Assembly (NCBI GenBank): GCA_964619235.1
Contig: CAZUCM010000002.1
Span: 1-27,415 of the forward strand
Source of the DNA: an uncultured Terriglobales bacterium
Lineage (GTDB): Bacteria; Acidobacteriota; Terriglobia; Terriglobales; Acidobacteriaceae
Length of the DNA stretch: 27,415 nt
Reading direction: 5' to 3'
Within the stretch, counting starts at the first letter, position 1, and every line of letters begins with the position of its first letter. The notes beneath the pieces are model-generated. The model was not told the DNA's origin, made no database searches, and saw only the letters and a program-made list of their open reading frames with translations. Below, in pieces: positions 1 through 7,614 of this stretch. Both the position numbers and the translations under genes were made by a program.

Positions 1-26
1 AGTTCAGACGTGTGCTCTTCCGATCT
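1..26 (+). other. Illumina TruSeq-type adapter/read-primer sequence (assembly artefact)
   Basis: AGTTCAGACGTGTGCTCTTCCGATCT is identical to the 3' part of the TruSeq adapter GTGACTGGAGTTCAGACGTGTGCTCTTCCGATCT. On the minus strand it translates to the known artefact peptide RSEEHTSEL. Confidence 0.98.
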
Positions 27-470
27 TGCAGACATCGCCGCCCCCGCGCCTTTTTCCCACTCTTCATTGACATAGGTAACGGTCACGGCAAAAACGGCGG
101 GAGTGAACAACCCCTGCCAGAAGCGCCAGAACATCAAGTGGCCGAAACTGGTGGAAGTAGCGGCCAGCAAGGTTGGCAAAGTTAGCAGCAGCGCCGCCGG
201 CACAATGATCCGCTTGCGCCCCCAGCGGTCTGAAATCGAACCTACAAAAGGCGCGGCCAGCGCCACGCCCAACGTCGAGATGGTCATCAGGAAACTGACA
301 TGTCCTGGCGACTGATGGAAGGCCCGGGCCAGTTGCGGCAGCAGCGGTTGCGGCGCATAGAGATCGACAAAGGCGCAAAAGCCCGCTAGAACAACCGCCG
401 TGGTTCGCCGCCAATTGCTGACAGGGGATATGCCGCCGGAGCCGGGGCCCGCCTGCTTACGAAGCCGCAT
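27..470 (-). CDS. MFS transporter (YnfM-like), 5' portion only, truncated by the adapter
   Basis: Translated by hand; not in the ORF track because it has no stop codon. MRLRKQAG...VVLAGFCAFVDLYAPQPLLPQLARAF...APFVGSISDRWGRKRII...WRFWQGLFTPAVFAVTVTYVNEEW. Contains MFS motif A (GSISDRWGRK) and a YnfM-like LYAPQPLLP segment. The frame runs straight into the adapter. Confidence 0.9.
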
Positions 471-596
471 GGTTTTCAGTGTAATACCAACCCGCATTCG
501 CCGAACGTTGAATGCGTCGATCCATGGAGGCGCCGGCATGCGCACGACTTCGCAAGTGCCGGACTGGGCGGAACGCCCTTCAAAATGCTTCCAAAA

Positions 597-620
597 GTGA
601 CAATCCTGTCACCAGTGTCA
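597..620. promoter_or_regulatory. Candidate operator: inverted repeat GTGACA-N4-TGTCAC followed by a further TGTCA copy
   Basis: Perfect 6-bp inverted repeat at 597-612 and a direct TGTCA repeat at 616-620, in the divergent intergenic region between the MFS and cupredoxin genes. Confidence 0.3.
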
Positions 621-753
621 ACAGCACGTTAAGCTTCGGGCATATCTGGGCGGAAGTCGAAGCGCATCGCCGGCAAAGCGCACCCAACAGGTATACGCGG
701 CAACGTTCACCGTATGCCGTGAGACGGCAAAATCCATTCAGGAGATTTCGCAT

Positions 754-1347
754 ATGCAGCGTAATTTGATCACTGCGGTGGTGACGGTAATTGCATGCTC
801 GATTATGACCCATGCCGGGTCGGTAAGCGGAGTTGTCAGGGCGGGTTCTCCGGGGTCGTCGATTGTATATCTTGAGTCGGCGAACGCATCCCCGCAGCCC
901 GTGGCGGTTACCTCAAAGCCGTACATCATGTCGCAACAGAGAATGAAATTCACGCCGCGAATCCTCGCGGTACCGGTGGGCGCAACCGTGGTCTTTAAGA
1001 ATGAAGATTCGCCGGCCCACAATGTTTTTTGGCCGTCGGTGGGAGGCGATAAAAAGCTGGCGCATAATCTGGGAACCTTCCTCAGCGGTCAACAGCGAAG
1101 TTACCAGTTCGACCATCCCGGAATCGCTCCACTTCTGTGCAATGTGCATCCGGAAATGGAAGGTTTCATCATTGTGAGCTCTACGCCCTACTATGCGGAG
1201 TCCGACGAGGTGTTAGGCCTCTACAAGATGGGAAATGTGCCGGACGGGCAATACAAGGCGATCGCCTGGCACGCCGGCAAAAAAATCGCCAGCAAGATCA
1301 TATCGGTGCATGGCGACGCAACCGTGGATTTTGACTTAACGCACTAA
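754..1347 (+). CDS. Secreted cupredoxin-domain protein with a C-terminal carboxypeptidase-regulatory-like beta domain
   Basis: AGGAG RBS at 740-744 and a signal peptide (..IMTHA). Type-1 copper ligand pattern HNV...CNVHPEM (His, Cys, His, Met). C-terminal NVPDGQYKAIAWH. Confidence 0.85.
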   Translation: MQRNLITAVVTVIACSIMTHAGSVSGVVRAGSPGSSIVYLESANASPQPVAVTSKPYIMSQQRMKFTPRILAVPVGATVVFKNEDSPAHNVFWPSVGGDKKLAHNLGTFLSGQQRSYQFDHPGIAPLLCNVHPEMEGFIIVSSTPYYAESDEVLGLYKMGNVPDGQYKAIAWHAGKKIASKIISVHGDATVDFDLTH

Positions 1348-1373
1348 TCGTGTGCGGGTAAATGTTGAAAACT

Positions 1374-1401
1374 TCAGGGCGCGGCCGCGGCCGCGCCCTG
1401 A
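1374..1401. terminator. Perfect 28-bp GC-rich palindrome, candidate terminator hairpin
   Basis: TCAGGGCGCGGCCGCGGCCGCGCCCTGA is its own reverse complement and lies 26 nt after the cupredoxin stop. A short T-run follows it only on the minus strand. Confidence 0.45.
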
Positions 1402-1488
1402 CAAAGCGAATCGATGGTTGGCATAGCTGCCCGGCTGTGCGACTCAGCACGCCAGCTGCCTCGAAGGGGGCTCAACAAACGAGGTACC

Positions 1489-1806
1489 ATGATCATGAAT
1501 CGCCTTTGGATAAATATTCGTAAGCCTCTAAGTCCACTGGATCGCATTTGGCTGTTCACCATTGCGGCGTCTATTTCACTGGGTGGGATGCTGGCGGGAA
1601 CAATCCTGCTGGTTGCGCCTCCGGGACATTTCGCTTACCTGTGGCTGGCGGCAATGGCCGCGATTTTCGTATTGGGTGCGGTTTTCTTGTGGGCAATTTT
1701 GCTGATGACGGGTGACTCGCCGGCGCCGCCTTCGCGGACGGAATCCGATGCTTCCTCCATAAGCGGAGCGGCGCCCAGCAACTGGAGGGCGCAGGAAGAT
1801 CTTTGA
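1489..1806 (+). CDS. Small hypothetical membrane protein (two TM helices)
   Basis: GAGG precedes the ATG at 1489. Two hydrophobic stretches (WLFTIAASISLGGMLAGTILLV; FAYLWLAAMAAIFVLGAVFLWAILLM) and a polar tail. Confidence 0.55.
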   Translation: MIMNRLWINIRKPLSPLDRIWLFTIAASISLGGMLAGTILLVAPPGHFAYLWLAAMAAIFVLGAVFLWAILLMTGDSPAPPSRTESDASSISGAAPSNWRAQEDL

Positions 1807-2166
1807 GTCCGGCCGCCACAGCAGTATCGGAGCCATCCTTATCTCGCTTCCATGCGCGCTGGGAGCGCAGAAGAGATGTTGTTTTGTTGGAAAGGATTGA
1901 TCCTGCAACACAATCGCCCTGCGGCCAGATATAGCGTTCGCAGAGTATGAAGAGGGCGCGGCAATTTGACCAGCCGTATGCCGCCATGCTCTAATCTGAT
2001 CGCTGAGGCCGAAGAAGTGGCCTTGCCGAAGCGCCCGGATCCATAAGGATTCGTTGACTGCACAGTTGATTGAACCTTCGTTGCCAGGCCCCTTTCATGG
2101 GAGTCTGGACATTTCCAGCCGACGGAACGTCGCCGAACTACTCGCATGCAAAAGGAGCATATCTCA

Positions 2167-2787
2167 ATGAAACGAGCTACCAGTATCAGCGCAGCGATTT
2201 TGTTTTTGCTGTTCGGAGTCTTCACCCTTGCCTACGCTCAACATGATCAGGGAAACAACGATCATGACAGAGCGAAACCGGCAGAGCAGCCCCGGCAACA
2301 GGCTCCCAGACCCCAGCAAAAGCAGGTGGCCAGACCGCAGCAGAGCTATGGCGGCGCCTATCACGGCGGAGTGCAGAGCAACGGCCCCACCATTGGGGGT
2401 GTCCATCATAGCGGCGTTCCCCAGCACCAGAGGCAGGAGCGCAGCGGCGTTGAGCAGTCGAGCGCCGGGTCCTGGAAGACGGAGCATCAGAGCTGGAGCC
2501 AGCGCGGCGGTTATAACGGATACCGGATTCCGGACAGGCGTTTTCACCAATACTTTGGGCGGGAGCATTTCTTCCGTATCTCCGCCCTGCCGCTGGTATT
2601 TGTAGGCGGCCAGCCGCGCTTCCAGTACGACGGCTTCTGGTTTACCTTTGTCGATCCGTGGCCGGAAACGTGGGCTCCCAACTGGTTCGAGACCGATGAT
2701 GTGTATATCGACTACACCAACGATGGGTATTACGTATACGACCGCCTGCACCCTGACTTCCCGATTGCCGTCACCGTCACTTTCTAG
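2167..2787 (+). CDS. Secreted hypothetical protein with a disordered Q/G/H-rich N-terminus and an aromatic-rich C-terminal domain
   Basis: AAGGAG RBS and a signal peptide MKRATSISAAILFLLFGVFTLAYA. A low-complexity region precedes a folded-looking C-terminus (RFQYDGFWF...DDVYIDY..DGYY). Confidence 0.8.
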   Translation: MKRATSISAAILFLLFGVFTLAYAQHDQGNNDHDRAKPAEQPRQQAPRPQQKQVARPQQSYGGAYHGGVQSNGPTIGGVHHSGVPQHQRQERSGVEQSSAGSWKTEHQSWSQRGGYNGYRIPDRRFHQYFGREHFFRISALPLVFVGGQPRFQYDGFWFTFVDPWPETWAPNWFETDDVYIDYTNDGYYVYDRLHPDFPIAVTVTF

Positions 2788-2815
2788 ACGGGATTGATCG
2801 GGCGGGTTGAATCGT

Positions 2816-2843
2816 TTGAGGGGAACGCTTTCGTTCCCCTCAA
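2816..2843. terminator. Hairpin between convergent genes, probable bidirectional terminator
   Basis: 12-bp perfect stem TTGAGGGGAACG / CGTTCCCCTCAA with a CTTT loop, overlapping the CLC stop codon. U-tracts are weak. Confidence 0.6.
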
Positions 2844-4762
2844 TTAGCTTGGCGGCCAATCGGGCTTGGCGAAGGCTTCGTACGTTTTGGCGAGGCCAGA
2901 GGAAAGATCAGCCGCAGGCGCAGGACGCGCTCGCGGCGGTTTTCCGCTTCCAGACTTAGCGAACGCGCCTTAAGCATATCGCCGAGAGAGATTACGCCCA
3001 GAAGCTTGCTGGCGTCGCTTCGATCCACAACGGGGAAGCGGGTCAGTCCGGTTTTCGCCATTCGTGAGACCACCACCCGCAGCGGTTCATCCGGATAGGC
3101 GAGTACGGGATTGTGCAGAATCAATTCCGAAAAACTGCGTCCGTCTCCGTCCCGCAATAAGCTCTGGATCTGGTGATGCGTAGCGACGCCGATCAGGTGT
3201 TGATCACGATCGACCACGGGATACAGCCGCTGCCGATGATGATTCTGGTTGGTGTGCAGGTGCCCGGCCATTTCGGCCGGCGTGGTATCCAGCGGCAAAG
3301 CGGCGATGTTGGTTCGCATGACCTCCCGGGTGAACAGGATTTCCAGCGGATCCACCGCGTATTCGCGGCTCAGATGGTATCCGCGGCGGGCGATCTTTTC
3401 CGTCAGGATCGAGCGCTTCAGGGTGAGCACGGTGAACCCGTAGGCAAGCATGGCGGCAAGCAGCAGCGGCAGCGCCATGTTCAAGTCGTGGGTGAGTTCC
3501 AAGGCGAAGACCACGCCCGTAAACGGAGAGCTCATCGTGCCTCCCAGCATGGCTCCCATGCTGACCAGGGGCCAGAATCCCATGCCTTCCTTGGGCAACA
3601 CCGGGGAAAGTAGTGCGCCAAGCGCGCCGCCCATCATCAGCAACGGGGCAAGCACACCGCCGGAGGTTCCCGAGCCTAGCGATACGGCCCATATGATGGA
3701 CTTGACCAGCAGTATGCCGAGGATGATCTTTGTCGCCACCTCCCCCTGGAGCAGCGTGCCAATCGTGTCATAGCCGACGCCCAGTGCTTGCGGGAAGATC
3801 AACCCGCCAATGCCGACCACGAGTCCGCCAAGGGCGGGCCACCACATCCAATGAATCGGCAGCTTGCGAAATCCGTCCTCGGCGGCATATACAGCCAAGG
3901 TCAGCAGTGCCGCCAGCGCTCCGGCCAGAAGGCCCAGAAGGGCGCACCCCAGCAATCCGCCCGGGCCGAGGAAGGCCTGATGCGGCGGGACGGGAAACAG
4001 CGGTCCCGGTCCGAGTGTGTAGCGGCGCATGGCCGCGGCTGCAACACTGGAAAGGGCGACTGGAATCACACTCCTGGGCTTCCACTCGAACAGCAATAGC
4101 TCGACGGCGAGCAGAACCGCCGCCAAAGGCGTTGCGAACGTAGCCGACATGCCGCCGGCGGCGCCGGCGACCAGCAGTGTCCTGCGCTCGGCGCTGGTCA
4201 GGCTGAAGAATTGGGCGATCAGGGAGCCAATCGCCCCCCCGGTGACAATGATGGGTCCCTCGGCGCCAAAAGGACCGCCGGATCCGATCGAGACGGCGGC
4301 CGAAACCGGCTTCCAGAAAGCTACTCTCGGTTCCACCTCCCCACCCTTCAGCAGGATGGCCTCAATTGCTTCCGGAATGCCGTGGCCGCGTATGCGCTCC
4401 GAACCATAGCGCGCCATGAAACCGACGATCAGTCCGCCGGTCACCGGCACAGCCAATTCCAGCCAGCCCAAGTGGTTGCCGGCCGGTGAAACGAAAGAAC
4501 TGCCCCTACGCTGGTAAAAGAAGAGGTTCGTGAACAGTCCGATCAGCCTGAGCAATCCCAGCGCGACGAAGGCGCAAACAGCGCCAATGACAGTTGCCAG
4601 CGCGCTGATCGGCAGCACACGCCAGGTGGTGGTGAAGTCGCCTAAGGTCTGCGCTCGCTCAACAGTTTCCCGGGCTCCGCGCGCCGGAAGGGCGGCCGCG
4701 ACATCATCCTTAAGGCTTTGGGCAGTTGGTTGGCCGGACTGCGCTGAAGCGGGGTGGGGCAA
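2840..4762 (-). CDS. CLC-family anion channel/transporter with C-terminal CBS pair
   Basis: CLC signature segments GHGIPE, GGPFGAEGP and GTSGGVLAP, many TM helices, and two CBS repeats (EVMRT...; RLYPVVD; RFPVVD...GVISLGD). The TTG start is uncertain. Confidence 0.93.
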   Translation of the reverse strand: MPHPASAQSGQPTAQSLKDDVAAALPARGARETVERAQTLGDFTTTWRVLPISALATVIGAVCAFVALGLLRLIGLFTNLFFYQRRGSSFVSPAGNHLGWLELAVPVTGGLIVGFMARYGSERIRGHGIPEAIEAILLKGGEVEPRVAFWKPVSAAVSIGSGGPFGAEGPIIVTGGAIGSLIAQFFSLTSAERRTLLVAGAAGGMSATFATPLAAVLLAVELLLFEWKPRSVIPVALSSVAAAAMRRYTLGPGPLFPVPPHQAFLGPGGLLGCALLGLLAGALAALLTLAVYAAEDGFRKLPIHWMWWPALGGLVVGIGGLIFPQALGVGYDTIGTLLQGEVATKIILGILLVKSIIWAVSLGSGTSGGVLAPLLMMGGALGALLSPVLPKEGMGFWPLVSMGAMLGGTMSSPFTGVVFALELTHDLNMALPLLLAAMLAYGFTVLTLKRSILTEKIARRGYHLSREYAVDPLEILFTREVMRTNIAALPLDTTPAEMAGHLHTNQNHHRQRLYPVVDRDQHLIGVATHHQIQSLLRDGDGRSFSELILHNPVLAYPDEPLRVVVSRMAKTGLTRFPVVDRSDASKLLGVISLGDMLKARSLSLEAENRRERVLRLRLIFPLASPKRTKPSPSPIGRQAN

Positions 4763-4932
4763 TGAATCAATAACCTCGCAATAAGATATACCTCCAGATT
4801 GGATTCATTCGGGGCATTCGGGGCTGCTTTTATTTGGCGCCATCCCGCCCAGGCCCGGGCGGGACGGGAATGTGCGAGTTCGCCCGGCTGGGACAGTATC
4901 CTGGCCGGAAAAATGTTGTATCCTTATGGGCC

Positions 4933-5664
4933 ATGTTGCGAAGAATGATTCTTTTCGCCGCTCTCGCCGTTAGTGCGACACTTGCCCAGCAAGTGCCGCA
5001 AATCTTCAAGGTCCAGCCGCTGCACTCCGTCGCCGAACTGCGTGGAGAAGCCCTGAAGGCCCAGCCCCCGGCGGAATCCGGCGACTTTCTTAAGCCGGAT
5101 CTGGTGGAGCTGACTGCTATCGATCCCACGCTCAAGTTGGACATCCATTACGCCTCCGCAAACAACTTCCTGAACACCCCGGTGTACAGCGAAGCGCGGG
5201 CCTTCATGGAGCGTCCGGCGGCGGAGGCGGTGGCACGCGCCAACCACAAGCTGCATCAGCAGGGATATGGGCTCCTGATTTTTGATGGCTACCGTCCCTG
5301 GTACATCACCAAGATCTTCTGGGACGCCACCCGGCCGGAGGATCATCCGTACCTGGCCGACCCGGCCAGCGGCTCCCGCCACAACCGCGGATGCGCCGTG
5401 GATCTGACGATCTATGACATGAAGACCAACCAGCCCATGTCCATGCCCAGCACCTACGACGAGTTTTCCGAGAACGCGCATCCCGATTATGCCGGCGGCA
5501 CCGCCGAACAGCGCGCTCACCGCGAGCTCTTACGAAAGACCATGGAAGACGAGGGCTTCACCGTATATCCCACCGAGTGGTGGCACTTCGATTACAAGGA
5601 GTGGCGGAAATATCCGATACTTAACATTCCGTTCTCAGAGATCAAGGGTGCGGCAAAGCATTGA
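4933..5664 (+). CDS. ddpX: D-alanyl-D-alanine dipeptidase (peptidase M15D, VanX/DdpX family) with a signal peptide
   Basis: FDGYRP, SRHNRGCAVDLT (SxHxxGxAxD Zn motif) and EWWHF motifs. N-terminus MLRRMILFAALAVSATLA resembles a Sec signal. Confidence 0.9.
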   Translation: MLRRMILFAALAVSATLAQQVPQIFKVQPLHSVAELRGEALKAQPPAESGDFLKPDLVELTAIDPTLKLDIHYASANNFLNTPVYSEARAFMERPAAEAVARANHKLHQQGYGLLIFDGYRPWYITKIFWDATRPEDHPYLADPASGSRHNRGCAVDLTIYDMKTNQPMSMPSTYDEFSENAHPDYAGGTAEQRAHRELLRKTMEDEGFTVYPTEWWHFDYKEWRKYPILNIPFSEIKGAAKH

Positions 5665-5717
5665 TGCGTTGACCAGTGACAATCCAGCCGTCCCGGCAGT
5701 GCTACGAATTCAGCCGT

Positions 5718-6314
5718 CTACAGGCGCCTTTCCGCAGGCATCGGCACCATGACGGAAGCCATTCCCGCGGCCGTTGCGGCCTGAATTCCCATTTCCGTGT
5801 CTTCGAAGACCAGGCATTGTGCTGGTGGAACCCCCAGCCGGGCGGCGGCGAGCAAAAACGGCTCCGGATGTGGCTTGCTTTTTTCGTAGTCGCCGGCGCA
5901 TACGATAACTGCGAACTTGTCGAGCAATCCCAGCGTGGTGAGCGAGGCGATTACCGAGTCCCGCCGGCTGCCGGAGACGACGGCAAAAGGGATGCTGCCT
6001 TCCTGGGCTGCAATGTGTTCCAGCACCTCCGGAACCGCTTTCAGCTGCGGGAGCAGTTCGTAGTACAGCCTTTCTTTCCGCTCGGCCACGGCATTGACCG
6101 GCATCGCCAGACCCTGGCTCTCATTCAGTTCGGAGATAATCTCGACAGCGGGCTTTCCTCCCCAGGCATAGAAAAGTTCTTCCTCAAATGCACACTTCCA
6201 TTCTCCCAGTGCCGCGGTCCAGGCGGCATAATGTAACGGCATGGAATCGGCAATGGTGCCGTCGCAGTCAAATAGATACGCTCGAAAGGAGCCCGGGGGC
6301 AGTTTCAGTTTCAT
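5718..6314 (-). CDS. HAD-superfamily phosphatase (YqaB/beta-phosphoglucomutase-like)
   Basis: HAD motifs I FDCDGT, II VVSGS, III KSKPHP and IV FEDTEMG. Start reassigned to the ATG at 6314; the longer ORF overlaps the JAB gene antisense. Confidence 0.92.
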   Translation of the reverse strand: MKLKLPPGSFRAYLFDCDGTIADSMPLHYAAWTAALGEWKCAFEEELFYAWGGKPAVEIISELNESQGLAMPVNAVAERKERLYYELLPQLKAVPEVLEHIAAQEGSIPFAVVSGSRRDSVIASLTTLGLLDKFAVIVCAGDYEKSKPHPEPFLLAAARLGVPPAQCLVFEDTEMGIQAATAAGMASVMVPMPAERRL

Positions 6315-6452
6315 TCGTAAAGTCCTGATCTTGATTTTACGATTTCGCAGGCATTCCGCGAACGCCGTTACAGGAAAACCCGCGGCTCCGGACTTTGCCG
6401 GCCTGAAGTGTGGACCTGACTTGCGGCATGCAAGAATGACCAAGTCGCCTTG

Positions 6453-6899
6453 ATGATGCTGAAGATTACGGAAACCGAGTTGGATAATCTGCGCCGCCAC
6501 GCCGAGGAGAGCTATCCGCAAGAGTGTTGCGGCGTGCTGGTGGGCGCAATCGGCGAGGGGACGAAAGCCGTGCACGCGGTGATCCGCTGCCGGAACACGC
6601 GCACCGACTCGCCGCGCAACCGCTACAACATCGATCCGCGGGAGCTGATTCGCATACGGCGGGAGGCGGCGGCGTGTGGCCGGGAGATTGTTGGGTTCTA
6701 CCATTCGCATCCCGACGAGGCTGCGCGCTGGTCGACCACCGACCTCGCCGAAGCTTATTGGACCGGATTCTCCTATGTCATCACCGCCGTAGAGCGAGGA
6801 AAGGCGGTCGAGACCCGCTCATTCGAACTGCAGGGCGAGGAATCGAACAAACATTTCGAAGATGAAACCATAGAAGTTGCCGGGACATCAAACCCTTGA
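6453..6899 (+). CDS. JAB/Mov34 (M67) metallopeptidase, Mec-like
   Basis: JAMM motif E(CCG)...YHSHPD...WSTTD. Confidence 0.92.
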   Translation: MMLKITETELDNLRRHAEESYPQECCGVLVGAIGEGTKAVHAVIRCRNTRTDSPRNRYNIDPRELIRIRREAAACGREIVGFYHSHPDEAARWSTTDLAEAYWTGFSYVITAVERGKAVETRSFELQGEESNKHFEDETIEVAGTSNP

Positions 6900-7003
6900 C
6901 GGCGCAGGAAAGCTGATGGCGGAAAATGTTGCCTGAGGACCGCCGCATGAGAAGAGCTCAAATTGAAATTCCTGATGCCTACTCTTTTTCAGGAGACCTA
7001 TCA

Positions 7004-7378
7004 ATGATCGACCGCCAAGGCATGGGAGGCAGTCGTGGAGAAGCCGGCTCGCCGGCCATTACGATTCCCGAGATCCAACCCGAGGAACTTAAGAGCCAGC
7101 TCGACGCCGGCACGGATCTGTTTGTGCTTGATGTCCGCGAGCCTCAGGAATACAAGATCTGCAACCTCGGCGGTTACCTGATTCCCTTAGGCGAACTGCC
7201 CCGGCGCATTCATGAACTCGATGCCGGCAGGGAAACGGTGGTGCACTGCCATAGCGGAGCACGTAGCGCCATGGCCGTCGAGTTTCTGCTGCAAGCCGGT
7301 TTCCGCAAGGTCAGGAACTTGAAAGGCGGAATCCTCGCGTGGTCGGAAAAAGTCGACCCCAGCCTGCCCAGGTACTAG
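7004..7378 (+). CDS. Single-domain rhodanese (sulfurtransferase) resembling the C-terminal domain of MoeZ/MoeB-rhodanese fusions
   Basis: AGGAG RBS at 6991-6995. LDVREPQEY, active-site loop HCHSGARS, and NLKGGILAWSEKVDPSLPRY. Confidence 0.9.
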   Translation: MIDRQGMGGSRGEAGSPAITIPEIQPEELKSQLDAGTDLFVLDVREPQEYKICNLGGYLIPLGELPRRIHELDAGRETVVHCHSGARSAMAVEFLLQAGFRKVRNLKGGILAWSEKVDPSLPRY

Positions 7379-7614
7379 CCGCCCGTATCACACAACTCGC
7401 TCATCTCCGGGCCAATCCGAATGCTGCCGGAACGAAGAAGAGAGAATGAATTTTGTGAAGAGCATCGCCCGGCGGCTCCCGCACTTGCCATTGCGGCTCA
7501 CAAACGGCTGTTTGTCGAGTGCAGCCACTCCTGCGAGCTGATCTCCAACTGCGTCGGCACATACGGAACATTGGGGAAAACTCGCCATTTGTTAGCGTCA
7601 TCGTATCTGAAACC

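Noticed and set aside
1402-1480. GC-paired leader upstream of the 1489 gene, considered as a riboswitch
   Set aside because: It does not match any riboswitch consensus I recognise; an Rfam scan would be needed.
4763-4930. Possible fluoride riboswitch upstream of the CLC gene
   Set aside because: No crcB-motif consensus is visible on the minus strand, and the CLC lacks CLC-F signature motifs.
4933-5664. Vancomycin-resistance (vanX) call
   Set aside because: No vanH/vanA/vanRS genes are nearby and the protein has a signal peptide; it is a generic M15D dipeptidase.
6315-6710. N-terminal extension of the HAD ORF to 330 aa
   Set aside because: It overlaps the JAB gene antisense, and the HAD domain begins right after the ATG at 6314.
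7379-7614. Short Cys-containing ORFs between the rhodanese and emrA
   Set aside because: There is no RBS or motif support and the frames conflict; this is probably promoter region.
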